Source: Camelus ferus (taxonomy: Eukaryota). From it: 64,000 bases of DNA. The translations under genes and the position numbers were made by a program. The notes beneath the pieces are model-generated. The model saw nothing but the letters and a program-made list of their open reading frames with translations, had not been told where the DNA came from and searched no databases. The stretch's first letter is position 1. Every line of letters begins with the position of its first letter. Below, in pieces: positions 24,385-37,185 of the stretch. The stretch lies in contig NC_045707.1 in the NCBI RefSeq assembly GCF_009834535.1, positions 53,508,001 to 53,572,000 on the forward strand. Reading direction: 5' to 3'.

Positions 24385-24583
24385 AGGTTTATAATCTACA
24401 TTCCTTTACTAGTTATTACAGTTTTAATCCAGTGTATCATTTCTCACATTAATTGAAGGGAAGTCCTAGGTTCTGGAAATTTGCAGAGGCCCAAACATCA
24501 TCAATTTACATATATATATATATATATTTATATAATACATCATATATATAGTGTTAAATTATATATATAATACATATATATAC

Positions 24584-24641
<58 letters not shown>

Positions 24642-25407
24642 ATGTGTCTATATATATAATTGCACCAATGCTGGTCTTAACCATGGCTCTCACATTAGGA
24701 GCGCCTCTTCCCATACCTTATCCACTATCTGCTCGTGTAAACCTTGGCATACTTCTTACACTGGCTGTAGAAGCCTAGCCATGTATTCCATCCTCTGATC
24801 TGGATTACTTTCATATTAAAAATGCACACTAACCAGAGCTCTGTGGGCAGCAGCACAGACAATCTCATGTGAAGTAAACTAGCAATTATTGGTTTATCAT
24901 TCCTACTGATAAATAGATCATTTATACTCTCAGTTATTGTACAAGAATACCTATGATTAATTTTCCCCTCCCAACTCCTAGTTGGATTTTTATTTACCTC
25001 TACTATAGCAGAAATCAACAGAGCTCCATTTGATTTAACAGAAGGAGACTCAAAAGTTGTATCTAGCTTCAATGTGGAGCATGTAGCAGGTCTATTTTCT
25101 CTGCAGGTTATGTCTGTATGATTATAGCAGGTTATGTCTATATGATTATAATAGATATTTTCATGATGATTCTATTTTTAGGAGCATTTCAAAATCCCTA
25201 GATAACAGAATTATATACAGGCAAACTACAGGTTATCATTCAAATACTTCTTCTAACAATCTCCTTCCTAGGACTTTGAATATCCTACCCACAATTTTGA
25301 GATGATCAACTTATACATCTCTTATGGAAAAAAAATTTAACACTAACAGTAGCCCTATGTATGTTTCACTACCCCATAAGTGCGTAAGGCATCCATCCCA
25401 AAACATT
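24385..25407 (+). pseudogene. ND1: NUMT ND1
   Basis: IIAPMLVLTMALT..PLPIPYPL and GCAGAAATCAACAGAGCTCCATTTGATTTAACAGAAGGAGA ([12 protein letters not shown]). Frameshifted. Confidence 0.92.
24510..24657. repeat. Compound (TA)n/(TG)n microsatellite inside NUMT ND1
   Basis: TA-rich run followed by ~22 TG units. Confidence 0.95.
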
Positions 25408-25601
25408 GATATGTTTGACAAAAGAGTTATCTTAAAAGTAAATAAAAGAGGTTTAAACACTCTTATTCCTAGAAATCATAGGAATTCATTGTTCCCTTGA
25501 GAACTTAAAAGTGTTTATGCAACCACATTATACCACATTCTGTGGTGATGGATGATCCACCAAGTAAGCTACTAGAGTTGTTTTAAATCCTTACTATACT
25601 A
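25408..25601. pseudogene. NUMT tRNA-Ile / tRNA-Gln(-) / tRNA-Met cluster (degenerate)
   Basis: ATATGTTTGACAAAAGAGTTA...GAGGTTTAAACACTCTTATTCCTAG and TACCACATTCT, located between ND1 and ND2. Confidence 0.7.
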
Positions 25602-26568
25602 ATAAACCCTATTTTTACTATCATTCTACTGACCATTCCATGATTTTAATAACAAGTTCACATTGTACTAGTATTTCCATTCTAAGAAAATTAAATGCAC
25701 AAGTTATAGAAGCACCCAATAAATGTTCTCTAACACAATCCACCACCTCCATACTATTTATATGGGATTTTACTTTTAATCTAATATATTGTAGTCAATG
25801 AACAAGTACAAAATTTTTTAATCTAACAGCATCCACCATTTAAACAATAGCCCTAGTCATAAAATTGGACTTCTCACATTTCTTTTCTGAGTGAATGAAG
25901 CTACACAGGGTATCCCTCATACAGGCAGGGTCAATCCTATTAACGTGATAAATGTGCACCCCCATGTGTTAGACCAAATCACAACACCTGTCCCCCTAAA
26001 CATACTATTATTCATAGGTGTGTTATGAATTATCAGCAGCAGCTGAGGCGGACTAACAAAACTCAACTACAGAATTTACACACTGCTCTTCAATTGCCCA
26101 TGTAGGATGAATGACAGCTATTACAATGTATAATCCAACCATGACAACCCTGAATGTACTAATTTATATCAAACAACACTGTCATATTACTATTTATGCC
26201 CCGCTCATGGGCTGCAATGGTATCATTATCACACATGTGAAATAAAACACTTCCAATCACAATCCTCATCCCCATCATCATATTTTATTAGGAGGTCTCC
26301 CACCAGTATAAGGGTTTTTCCTCAAATGAGTAATAATTAGAGATATAACAAAAAACAGTAACAGTAACCTACCAACACCAATCATCCTCACAGCACTGTT
26401 CAACATATATTTGTATATCTGGCTAAAATTCTCCACGACACTACCTCTATTTTTATGAATAAATTAAAAAATGAGATTTTAAATATAGAAAACAACCATG
26501 TGATGATTACTAATCCTAGTAGTCACACTATTACTGCCCTTAACATCCATTCTATCAGTGCTGGAGTA
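25602..26568 (+). pseudogene. ND2: NUMT ND2
   Basis: ATAAACCCTATT start, ATAAAATTGGACTT..CACATT...TGAGT, GGAGGTCTCCCACCA (GGLPP). Confidence 0.88.
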
Positions 26569-26938
26569 GAAATTTAGCTTAGTATACACCAAGGGCTTTC
26601 AAATGTTTAAGGAAGTACAATTTAATTTCTGAAATTATGGATTACAAGAGATTGTACTACATCAACTGAATGCAAATCAAACACTTTAATTAAGGTAAAT
26701 ACTTAGTAGATTGGTGGGCTTCCACCACAGGAAATTTTAGTTAACAGGTAAATCTTCCAGTAAATTGGCTTCTAGTTATTTCTCCAGCCATCTAGAAAAA
26801 ATTTGCAGCTAGCAAAATTGAAGCTGCTTTTTTTAGAATTTGTATTTCAATATGTTGATTCACCACAGGGCTTGACCCAAAAGGGGCAAAACCTCTATCT
26901 CTAGATTTATAGTCTAAGGCTTGCTCAACCACTTCACT
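26568..26938. pseudogene. NUMT WANCY tRNA cluster with decayed light-strand origin
   Basis: AGAAATTTAG..ACCAAGGGCTTTCAAA (Trp), TGAATGCAAATCAAACACTTTAATTAAG (Ala), TAGATTGGTGGG..TTTTAGTTAACAG (Asn), GAAGCTGCTT (Cys), TAGATTTATAGTCTAA (Tyr). Confidence 0.85.
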
Positions 26939-26939
26939 T

Positions 26940-28472
26940 ATGTACACAAACCACTGATAATTTTCAACAAATCACAAGGATTGTCATTTTATATCACTAT
27001 ATTATTATTTGAACTAGAATAATAGGCACTGCTGTGAATTCATTAATCCCAGCTGAGGTAGAGAAACCTGGAGCGCTCCTCGGAGATGACCTAACCTACG
27101 ATGTAGTCATAATATCGTATGCATTTAGTACGTATATCCTGCACATTTGTTTTTAGTTATACTAAGAACAATTGGAGGACCCAGAAACTGACTTGTCCCA
27201 CTGATAATTGGGGCATTCAATATAGCATTGCTCTGACTGAATGATATCAGCTTCTCACAATTTCTCCCATCATTTTTTTTTATTTCTATATAGAACACTT
27301 TATTTTTATTTTTTTAACATTTTTTATTGAGTTATAATTATTTTACAGTGCTGTGTCAAATCCCAGTGTAGAGCACAATTTTTCAGTCATACATGAACAT
27401 ATGAATATATATATTTTCATTGTCACATTTTCTTCTCTGTGAGCTACCATGAACATGCAGGAACATATATATTTTCATTGTCACATTTTCTTCTCTGTGA
27501 GCTACCATAAGATCTTGTATATATTTCCCTGTGCTATACAGTATAATCCCATCCATCTATTCTACATTTTGAAATCCCAGTCTGTCCCCTCCAACCCTCC
27601 GCCCCCTTGGCAACCACAAGTTTGTATTCTATGTCTATGAGTCTGTTTCTGTTTTGTATTTATGTTTTGTTTTGTTTTGTTTTTAGATTCCACATATGAG
27701 CGATCTCATATGGTATTTTTCTTTCTCTTTCTGGCTTACTTCACTTAGAATGACATTCTCCAGGAGCATCCATGTTGCTGCAAATGACGTTATGTTGTCG
27801 ATACGCACATGAAAAAATGCTCAATATCACTAATTATTAGAGAAATACAAATCAAAACTACAATGAGTTATCACCTCACACCAGTCAGAATGGCCATCCT
27901 TCAAAAATCCACAAATGACAAATGCTGGAAAGGTTGTGGAGAAAAGGGAGCCCTCCTACACTGCTGGTGGAAATGCAGTTTGGTATAGCCACTGTGGAAA
28001 ACAGTATGGAGATTCCTCAAAAGACTAGGAATAGACTTACCATATGACCCAGGAATCCTGCTCCTGGGCATATATCGAGAAGGAAGCCTACTTCAAAAAG
28101 ACACCTGCACCCCAATGTTCATAGCAGCACTATTTACAATAGCCAAGACATGGAAACAGCCTAAATGTCCATCAACAGATGACTGGATAAAGAAGACGTG
28201 GCATATTTATACAATGGAATAGTATTCAGCCATAAAAATGGACAACACATCTCCCATCATTCTTAATCCTATTCACATCGTAAAAAGTAGAAGCTGGTGC
28301 CAGCACTTGTTTAACCATACATGCATTCACCTCTAGGTGGCAATCTGGCCACATAGAACCCTCTGCCAACCTAGACATGTCCTCCATGTATTTAGTAGGT
28401 ATCTCTTTCATTCTTGGTGATATTAATTTTTTAAACTACAATCAATAATAAAAAGCATCAGCCATATCACAA
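26940..28472 (+). pseudogene. COX1: NUMT COX1 5' part, split by an L1
   Basis: ATG...TTTTCAACAAATCACAAGGA (FSTNHKD), CTCGGAGATGAC (LGDD), GTAGAAGCTGGTGC (VEAGA). Ends at AMSQ-like GCCATATCACAA. Confidence 0.9.
27275..28249. mobile_element. 5'-inverted (twin-primed) L1 in NUMT COX1, 12-bp TSD
   Basis: TSD TCTCCCATCATT at 27263-27274 and 28250-28261. Antisense 3' end 27275-27800, sense ORF2 end 27801-28249. Internal ~58-bp tandem duplication at ~27392-27508. Confidence 0.9.
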
Positions 28473-30515
28473 TTTATGTAATTTGAGTTAATTGTATATA
28501 TGGTGAGAGGTAAGGGTCCAGTTTTATTCCCCTGCATGTGGATATCCAGTTACCCAGCACCATTTGTGGAAAAGACCATTAAAAAAAACACAGCTAAATA
28601 TTTGTGTTTGTCAAAAATTTATTGATCCTAGGTGAATAGGATTATGTTTCGGCTTCTTGAGGATTGTCATTTATCTATATTTGTATTTTTATGGTGATAT
28701 CATCTTTTTATATTGCTTTGTATTAACATGAAATTTGAAAACACGAATGTCTATCTTTGGTTTTCTTTTTTCAAGTGTGTTTTGTCTTTTTGGGGTTCAA
28801 CTTCTGTGTTTATTCCAAAATTGTCATAGAAATTATATTGACTCCCTAGATCGCTTTGGACACTCCTGCCATATTTAGTTTTGTTATCAACATGCGATGT
28901 CTTCTTTTTCTTTTTTAAGGTTTTATTTCATTTCTTTTAGTGATGTCTTTTCCATTTCTCATGGGTAACTGGATCTTGGATGGCGGCCATGCTGCTGAAG
29001 CTGCGTATGACCTTGCTCATGACCTCTGTTGCCAGACCAAGTTACCACTTATGTGGATGGTAGTAACCGGCCACTATTCTATGGTCCTTCACAGTTTGCA
29101 AAGGACTTCATATGTTTAATTTAATTTAATCTTTATAATAATCATATGATGCAGGTAAGGGTAGTTTTTTTTTTTTTTAATGAATAAGATCATTGAGTCT
29201 CATTGAAGTGGATTATTCCAAGGTTAACCAGCAAGAAAGTGAGAGAGTTGCTCTTTTACCTTGGCTAGAGTTTTGTTTGTTTGTTTTGCACCTTTTAATT
29301 CATCCAGTCATCCATCAAACAGTTGTTGAACATCTATTATATTCTGGACATGATGGCTGACACAGGTGTGGCAAGAATAAGACACGGTCCTTGTCCTTGA
29401 ATAGGGTGGTCTAGGGAAAGAGAGCCATAAGTGAGAAGTGTGATGGATGTATGAATCACGGTCCCAATAAGGAATTCCATCAGTCTGCATCAAGATTCAC
29501 AGAGGCATTTCTATTTTGACCCTGTGCAAGCACATTTTCTGTAGGTGACTCTTAACAGGCTTTCCTAACATGGCTCAAGTTGTTCTGGGAGGAACTGAGC
29601 TGGTGGCAGATGGGAAAGCGCTCTATGGAGTCTGTTCCTTACACGCAGAGACAAGGCAAGCAGGGCCTGCACAGACGCCCCCAGCCGGATGCCCACAAGG
29701 CGCGGCTCTTCCCGACTTCTGTCCGCTGCCGCGGTCCCGCTCTTCTCCCTGCCTGCGTGCTGAATTACAGTACCTTACCTGCCTGCTCGCCCTCCCCAGC
29801 GGACTCTTTAAGTGCTTTGAGGGGCCTTGTCCCAGGCGCTTTCAGAATTCCTGGCTTGCCCCGTGCAACCTGGGTCCACATGAGGAGTGCATTTTATCCT
29901 CTCTACTCAGCCCTCACCTCTCTTCCTCTGTTTTTGATGACAAGACCACACATTTCTGTAGTATTTTAGAGAGCACAGGTGTTCTCTCATTTAGCTGTGC
30001 ATCATCTAACGTTGAGGACTCTGATCTCCAGGGGTTCCTGGCAGCCCTCCTGCATCTCCCTAGGCATTCCTCAGACTCGCTCTTCCATCTCACGCCCAGC
30101 TGCTGCCGACCTCACTTGTCTTCTCCCTGAGAGACAGGAGCTGCTGGAAGAGAACTCACTGCAATCGGCCGGCTCACCGGGAGCTCCACCTTTGCACCTA
30201 CCAGAGGCCACTGCCTCTCCCTGTGCCCTCCAGCCCAGGTGGAGATGCCCCTACCCCATCTCTCCCTGAATCACAAGACTTTTTTTGGGGGGGGGGTCTT
30301 TTCAGGACTATTCCTATCAGTCTATCAACATGTGACAATATACTTTTCAAATGTATCAGGAAAACCTTTCCTCTCTTAGGTCCCTTCATGGCTTGCTTTC
30401 TTCCTTCATTCAGACAAATGGCATTGCATAGGAGGGCCTCCCTGCAGGGCCGTTTAAATATCCACTCTTATCATCTCTTTGTCCTAGCTGCTCTATTTAT
30501 TCATATAGTTTCCCA

Positions 30516-30518
<3 letters not shown>

Positions 30519-30557
<39 letters not shown>
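30519..30557. repeat. (TG)n microsatellite
   Basis: Direct observation. Similar tracts at 37460-37500 and 49252-49276. Confidence 0.95.
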
Positions 30558-30560
<3 letters not shown>

Positions 30561-30639
30561 TTTATCATCTGTTTCTCCTACGACACCACCCCAGGGGAGC
30601 AGTTTTGTCTGTTCTGATCACCTTTCTCCATAGTTCCCA

Positions 30640-33600
30640 GAATACCTGAAATAGTACAGAAACCCCCCGCCACAACCCTGTATTTCCTTCCTTAACTCCA
30701 TGTTCCCCTGCAGCTACTGGAGCATTTCTCTGCTCCTCCCCATAGCACAGTTCAGGAGCAGTCTGTTCCTCCTCTCCCCTCATGCTGTCCTGAATCCCCT
30801 ATTCTGGATCTGATCCCCACGACTCCCCCGGAAGGACGTCCCACAAGACCACCAGTGGCACCACGTTGCCAACTGTAGCGCTGCTTCTAAGCCTCCTCGC
30901 TCAGCTTGTGCACCGATTCCCCACGGTTGACTGTTCTTCCTTTGTAACCTGTTTATCTCTCTTGACCCTTGATCCCCACCCCCCAAGCCCACTCACTATA
31001 ATTCACGCTGGTTTTCCTTTGTCGAATTCTCCTTGGGACCTCCAGTGTTGGTGCGCACCACGTTCAGGGCTCCCTTTTAGATTCTCTAGCTGTAATTTAC
31101 CCGTTCATCCTCTCCAGTAGTCTCATGGTCTTTAAATTCACCTTCATACTGGTGACTCCTACGTGTTTGTCTTCAGCCATGGCATTTTCCCTGAATTCCA
31201 GAGTTAACAGCTCTGGCTGCCTACTTGAGGTCTCCTTTGGATGAAAGTTGTCACAAACCTCACGTGTACAAACTTGCCTTCCCACCCCCTCCCCCACTGC
31301 AAACTGCTTTCCCTCTGTGTTCCCCGTCTCAGGACATGGTACCAGCATGTAACCGGGTGTTCAGGCCTGAAAACTTAAAATCATTCTTTCTCCATCTCCA
31401 TCCTGTATCCTGTCAACTCTGCTTTTAAATTATAGCCAGACTCTGACACTTCCCAGCACTGCCGAGACAATGCCCCTAATGGAAACCAACATCATCTTTT
31501 GCTTTGGCAAAAGTGATAACCTTTCCAACAGTATTTGCACTCCCAACATGGCAGAGTGATTCTTTTCACGTGGAAATGTCACAACACTTCTCTGCCCACA
31601 ACCCGCCATGGTTCCCATCTTACTTACTTACTTAATGTGTTTATTACTGAAGTATAGTTGATTTACAATATAGTATTAGTTTCAGGTGTATAGCATAGTG
31701 AATTTTTTTTCAGATTATATTCTATTGGTTGCTACAAGACATTGGGTATAATTCTCTGTGCGAACAATGAATCTTTATTGCTTATCTATTTGTGTATGGT
31801 AGTTTGTATCTGTTAATCCCATACTCCTAATTTATCCCTTCCCTACTCTCTCTCCGCTTGTAACCGTAAGTTTGTTTTCTATGCCTCTGAGTATGTTTTA
31901 TATATAGATTCATTTGTGTTATTTTTGATTCCATATATAAGTGCTATCATATAGTATTTGACTCTCTGTCTGTCTTAATCTCACTAAACATAATATTACC
32001 TAGGTCCAATCATGTTGCGGCAAATGGCATTGTTTTACTCTTTTTTATAGGTGAGTAGTATTCCATTGTATATATACACCACAACTTCTTTATCCAGTCA
32101 TCTGTCGATGGACATTTAGGTTGTTTCCCTGTCTTGGCTGTTGTAAATAGTGCTGCTATGAACATTGGGGTGCATGTATCTTTTTGAATTAGAGTTTTTG
32201 TTTTTCCAGAGATAGACCCAAGAGTGGAATTGCTGGATCATATGGTAATTCTGTTTTTAGTTTTTTAAGGAACCTCCATAGTGTTTTCCATAGTGACTGA
32301 ACCAAATTAGAGTCCCACCAACAGTGAATGAGGGTTCCCTGTCCTCCACATCATTTCCAGCTTTTATTATTTGTAGACTTTTTGAGGATAGCCATTCTGA
32401 CAGGTGTGAGGCGAAATCTCATTGTGGTTTTGATTTGCTTTTCTCTAATACTTAGCAGTGCTGAGAGCATCTTTTCATGTGCCTGTGAGCATGGAGTCTT
32501 CTTTGGAAAATGTCTATTTAGGTCTTCTGCTCACTTCTTAATTGGGTTGTTTGTTTTTTGATACCAAGTTGTAGAAGCTGTTTGTATACTTTGAATGTTA
32601 ACAGCTTGTCGGTCACATCGTTTGCAAATGTTTTCTCCCGTTGTCTTTTTGTTCTCTTGATGATTTCCTTTGCTGTGCAAAAGCTTTTAAGTTTGATTGC
32701 GTCCCTCGTGCTTATTTTTGCTTTTATCTCTTTGCCTTGGGAGACCAATCTAAGAAAACATTGTACAATTTATGTCAGAGAATGTTTTGCCTCTGTTTTC
32801 TTCTAGAAGCTTTATGGTGTCCTGTCTTGTGTTTAAGTCTTTAGGCCATTTTAAGTTTATTTCTGTGTGTGGTGTGAGGGAATGTTCTAACTTCACTGAT
32901 CTACATGCTGCTGTCCAGCTTTCCCAACACCACTGTCCCGCTGATGAGACTGTCTTTTCTTCATTGTATATTCTAGCCTTTTTTGGTCATAGATTAATCG
33001 ACCATAGGTGTGAGGGTTTATCTCTGGGCTCTCTATTCTGTTCCATTGATCCATATGCCTGTTTTTGTGCCAATACCATGCTGTTTTGATGACTGTAGCT
33101 CTGTAGTATTGTCTGACGTCTAGGAGGGTTATGCCTCCAGCTTTATTCTTTTTCCTCAGGTGTGTTTTGGCTATCCTGCGTCTTTTGTGGTTCCGTATAA
33201 ATTTTAGGATTATCTGTTCTAGTATGGTGAAAAATGTCCTGGGTGTTTTGATGGGGATTGCACTGAATCTGTAGATTGCTACCATCATACTGGAGTCAAC
33301 TCCAGAGTCTTTCCCGTGGCCTACAAGGCCCTCTGAATCAAGTCTCACTAAGTCCCTGCCCTCCTTTCTTCCACTCACCCCCACCCCAGCCCCTTGCTCT
33401 TCCTGGAGCTCACCAGACCTTTTTGCAGTGTGGGGCTCTGCTGGGATATCCCATAGGCTCACTCCCAAGTTTATCCTGATCTTTGTTCAGTGTCCTCTCC
33501 TCGGAGAAGCTGATTCTGACCCGCCCCATCATTAGAAGCCCCTTCATTACTTTTCATTACTTTTGATACCCTCCACCCTGTCCTTCTGTAGACCTGGCTC

Positions 33601-33720
33601 TTCCCACTATCTAATACAAAGCTTTATAACTATTCATGTGCTTGTTATTTACCTCTGCCTTGAGTATAAGCTCCATGGGTGCAGGAACTTGGTGATGGTC
33701 ATGTCTGGAATGAGTGAATT
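30640..33720 (+). mobile_element. Old L2 LINE 3' region, split by L1 at 31625-33278
   Basis: L2 motifs CCCTGAATTCCAGA..CTGCCTACTTGA, GTGGCCTACAAGGCCCT and GAGTATAAGCTCCATG. Confidence 0.6.
31625..33278 (-). mobile_element. 5'-truncated L1 (ORF2 C-terminus + 3'UTR)
   Basis: ORF2 peptide [11 protein letters not shown]...[32 protein letters not shown], and IKLKSFCTAKE. Confidence 0.9.
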
Positions 33721-35269
33721 TAATCCTTACAAAAATGGGAATGATGAAGTAACACTTATAAATAATATTTTATATCCTGGGCCCCCTTTCCCAGCAACTT
33801 TGTAGATATTATATTCCTGATTAATTTAATCCCTGGCAATAATCCTGTGAGATTGGCAACAATCACAGTGACTAGTAAAAGGAGAACTGGGGAACTGGGA
33901 TTCAAACTCTAAGTGAGTCTAGCCTCAAAGTAATGCTTTCCACTTAATTCATACGATTTAGTATTACACATTATTAAATGATAGTTATGTACCCTGGATA
34001 AATTATTCTTAATTATTATTATATAACTTATTATTATGCTACTTCTTATTACATAACTTACCATATTAATTACTATATAACATTATCATGTAACTCCCAT
34101 CTGATAGATGAAAACTCTGGGGACAAGGTGATTAGTGAAGTGCCCAGGATTACAGTGTTGCACACGGGCTTCGGACCTGGCTTTCTGATTGGGCTCCAGG
34201 GGCTCCTTCTGCACAAGCACAAGACTTCTGTATCTGATATGCTGTGTGTCTCACTTTATCTGGGTAACTTTTATGTTTTCCACCTGTGATGCTTGACCGC
34301 TTGTAACCTGGCATTTGTGAGGTCAACTCTAAGCTTTACAAAAGCTGGTCCTAATACTGGTGTCATGATTTTATTTCTTGCACAAAGTAACCTTTTGCTG
34401 ACCTTTAGCACACTTGTGTTAAGCTGAGTGAAAACAGACAAGCTGAAGTTCACTATTTCGCTTGTACTTAACTTTCTGTAGCGCACTGTACAACCTGACT
34501 CTTCTGAGAAATAGTTTAATGCTTAGGTACAGTTTGCTGGCTTGTTGATTCATTCCCAGGTCAGAGAAAAGCTCTCAGCTGAAATATTTATGGATTGTAA
34601 GAAAAGTGAGGTAATTTCCTGAAAGCCTATAGAAACATGGAGGTTTTGGTGTCTGGTGCACTGGATGGTAATCTCCATTTTAATTAAAGAATTATGTTTA
34701 TAATTAGCAAGAACAGACTTTAATAGTCTGTCAATTACAGAAATAAATTGGAGACTAAAATTGCAAACTCATATTTCACTGTGTTTTGCAAAAGCAGATC
34801 TGTGGATTTATAGATAAATGTTACGTCCATACATTTTGAGCTATGAAACCCATGCATAAACATGGGAGATAATGCATCAAAACATCCCAGAAACAAGATT
34901 AAAATAGTTTCTATGAATGACATCCTTCCATGGTCCTTGTTTTTGCTAAAAACTCCTTGGGTTTTATTCTCTTATGGGTGGTATACTATTTGTCTGTCCC
35001 AATGGCTGTTATTTATCAAATTTTTCATTAGTCTTAAAAGTTTATCCTTGTATTGTGCAGAGACAGGAAAAATACACTAACTGGAGGTCATAGACTCCTA
35101 TGTATAAGAGAGAGAAAGGGGGGGTCATATATATATATGTAATACAAGACAGTATAGTGCCCTCAAGAGTCTGAAATTCCCTTCTCTTGAAATAAAGAGA
35201 CTTTTATACATAGATTCAGATCTTGAGGTTGCCTCTAAACTTACTTCTTTTATTATGTTGTTATTTTTT

Positions 35270-35605
35270 ATCAATAAACATTATTTTATAAATAATATAG
35301 TTATATATTATATACTAAGTATAATTAATTCATAATTATAATTTATAAATAATAAATTATTTTATATCAATAGTTACTGTTTTATAAAAATTTATAATAT
35401 AACAATACACTAAAATTAATAATAATAAAAATTTATAAGCAATGAATTATCTTATATTAATAAACATATTTATTATTTTATTATTAAATATTATTTCATA
35501 AGTAATTTATAATAATATATAATATATAGTAACATTATAATTCATAAGCATAATGTATAAATAATACATATTTTTATATTTATATATTGTTATATTTATT
35601 ATTTT
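35270..35605. repeat. AT-rich low-complexity tract
   Basis: Almost exclusively A/T over ~330 bp. Confidence 0.9.
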
Positions 35606-36235
35606 AAAATTCCATCCTTTCCTGTCTTTTCATCATCCTTTGGTAACATATAATCTTTTCATTAACCTTCCTTAAAATGTTGTGATAATTCATACACAGT
35701 TGCTTTGTCTTCAGGCCTTTTAAGTGGCCCGTGCCGTCCGAGGGTGGCGTGGACCTTGGGGAATCTACCACTTCCTCCCCTTGGTCTCCAGTCATTGTGC
35801 AGAGAGGAGGAGTACTTTGAACGTTCTAGAATAGGCATGCAGTCTCAACCAATAGATTGTGTATAATACATACATATATTTATGCTCAATATGGGTCTCG
35901 TCTGCTCTGCCTAGCTGCTAAAGATTTCCAAGTAACAGGAATAAGTACATCTCATTTTGAAGAAGGATAATATCTCAAAACAGTTTGTAGAGTAGGTGAC
36001 GCTGGTGTAACGGCAGAATGTCTCCTAAGGGGCCTGCTCATTCCACCCTCCCTTGGCCTCTCAATCCTTTGTGCTTGAGCATCGACCGGGCGGCAGGGAG
36101 ACGCTGCTGAGTGCTGGCCTCCAAGCCTGGTGGTAATGGTCCCTGAGCTCTCATCTCCTTTAGCAGCTGTTTCGGTGGCTGTACTCCACGCATAGGCGTG
36201 AGAGAGTCAGAATAACAGCCTCATACTCAGCACAT

Positions 36236-36586
36236 GTATTAAGATGAATTTTAACAAGTTTGTCTTTCATACATGAAGCGATCTTCCGTGCCAAGTGGGA
36301 AACTCAGATCGTTTCCGGGCTGGGAGCATAGCCATACGTATTACGCGTGTTAGTATTAAGATGAATTTTAACATGTTTGTCTTTCATACATGAAGCGATC
36401 TTCCGTGCCAAGTGGGAAACTCAGATCGTTTCCGGGCTGGGAGCATAGCCATACGTATTACGCGTGTTAGTATTAAGATGAATTTTAACATGTTTGTCTT
36501 TCATACATGAAGCAATCTTCTGTGCCAAGTGGGAAGTTCAGATCGTTTCAGGGCTGGGAGCATAGCCATAAGTGCTACGCGTGTTA
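36236..36586. repeat. 3 x 117-bp tandem repeat
   Basis: GTATTAAGATGAATTTTAAC starts at 36236, 36353 and 36470. Copies 1-2 nearly identical; copy 3 has ~8 differences. Confidence 0.97.
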
Positions 36587-37022
36587 CTTTCTAAGTGGAA
36601 AAGAGAAGAAGATGCATTTCCGGTGAGGTTATTGTTGGTGACTGTATCTGTCAACCTTAATCTCTGTCTCACAAGACAGACACTGAGTTAGACTGTCTGA
36701 AATATGTTCAGTCTTTCTAGATCTGATTTTATACTTGCACGTCAGTTTTCTTATGACAAAGTCCAAACTGAATGCTTGATTTTTGTAAGCTGCTTTCCTC
36801 GTTACGATTCTACATATGTGACCTCATATATTTTCCAAGCCATTTTAGGCTGTTCACATTTCTGTATCTTTTTAAAATTTCAATTTAAAAAAGTCACAGC
36901 TATTAAAATTGTTCAAAAACTTACTTATTTTCAAGGATTTACAACATAAGAGTAAAGAAATTTTCTTCATGTCTTGATTCCTGGGAAACTTTTTTCTTCC
37001 TCACTTATTAAGGAATATAGAA

Positions 37023-37185
37023 GGGAGGGTGTAGCTCAGTGGTAGAGTATGTGTGTAGCATGCACAAGGTCTTGGGTTCAATCCCCAGTGCTTCCATTAA
37101 AAAAAGAAAAGTTAAAAAAACAAACAAACAAACAAACCTAATTACCTCCCCCCAAAAAAATTAAAAAAAAAAAAGAAAAGAAATA
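37023..37185 (+). mobile_element. tRNA-derived camelid-type SINE
   Basis: GGGAGGGTGTAGCTCAGTGGTAGAG...GGTTCAATCCCCAG...AACCTAATTACCTCCCC plus A-tail. Confidence 0.9.

Larger units (their letters stand above)
21011..28472 (+). pseudogene. Ancient NUMT, colinear from mid control region to 5' COX1 (~6.2 kb of mtDNA plus later insertions)
   Basis: Vertebrate mitochondrial gene order CR-F-12S-V-16S-L-ND1-I-Q-M-ND2-W-A-N-OL-C-Y-COX1 is recognisable, with many indels and stops. Confidence 0.97.

Noticed and set aside
29570..30269. 186-aa ORF with a small CpG-rich patch
   Set aside because: No recognisable domain or splice structure, and it runs towards L2-derived sequence.
36236..36586. CRISPR-like array
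   Set aside because: Mammalian context, and whole units repeat with no unique spacers.
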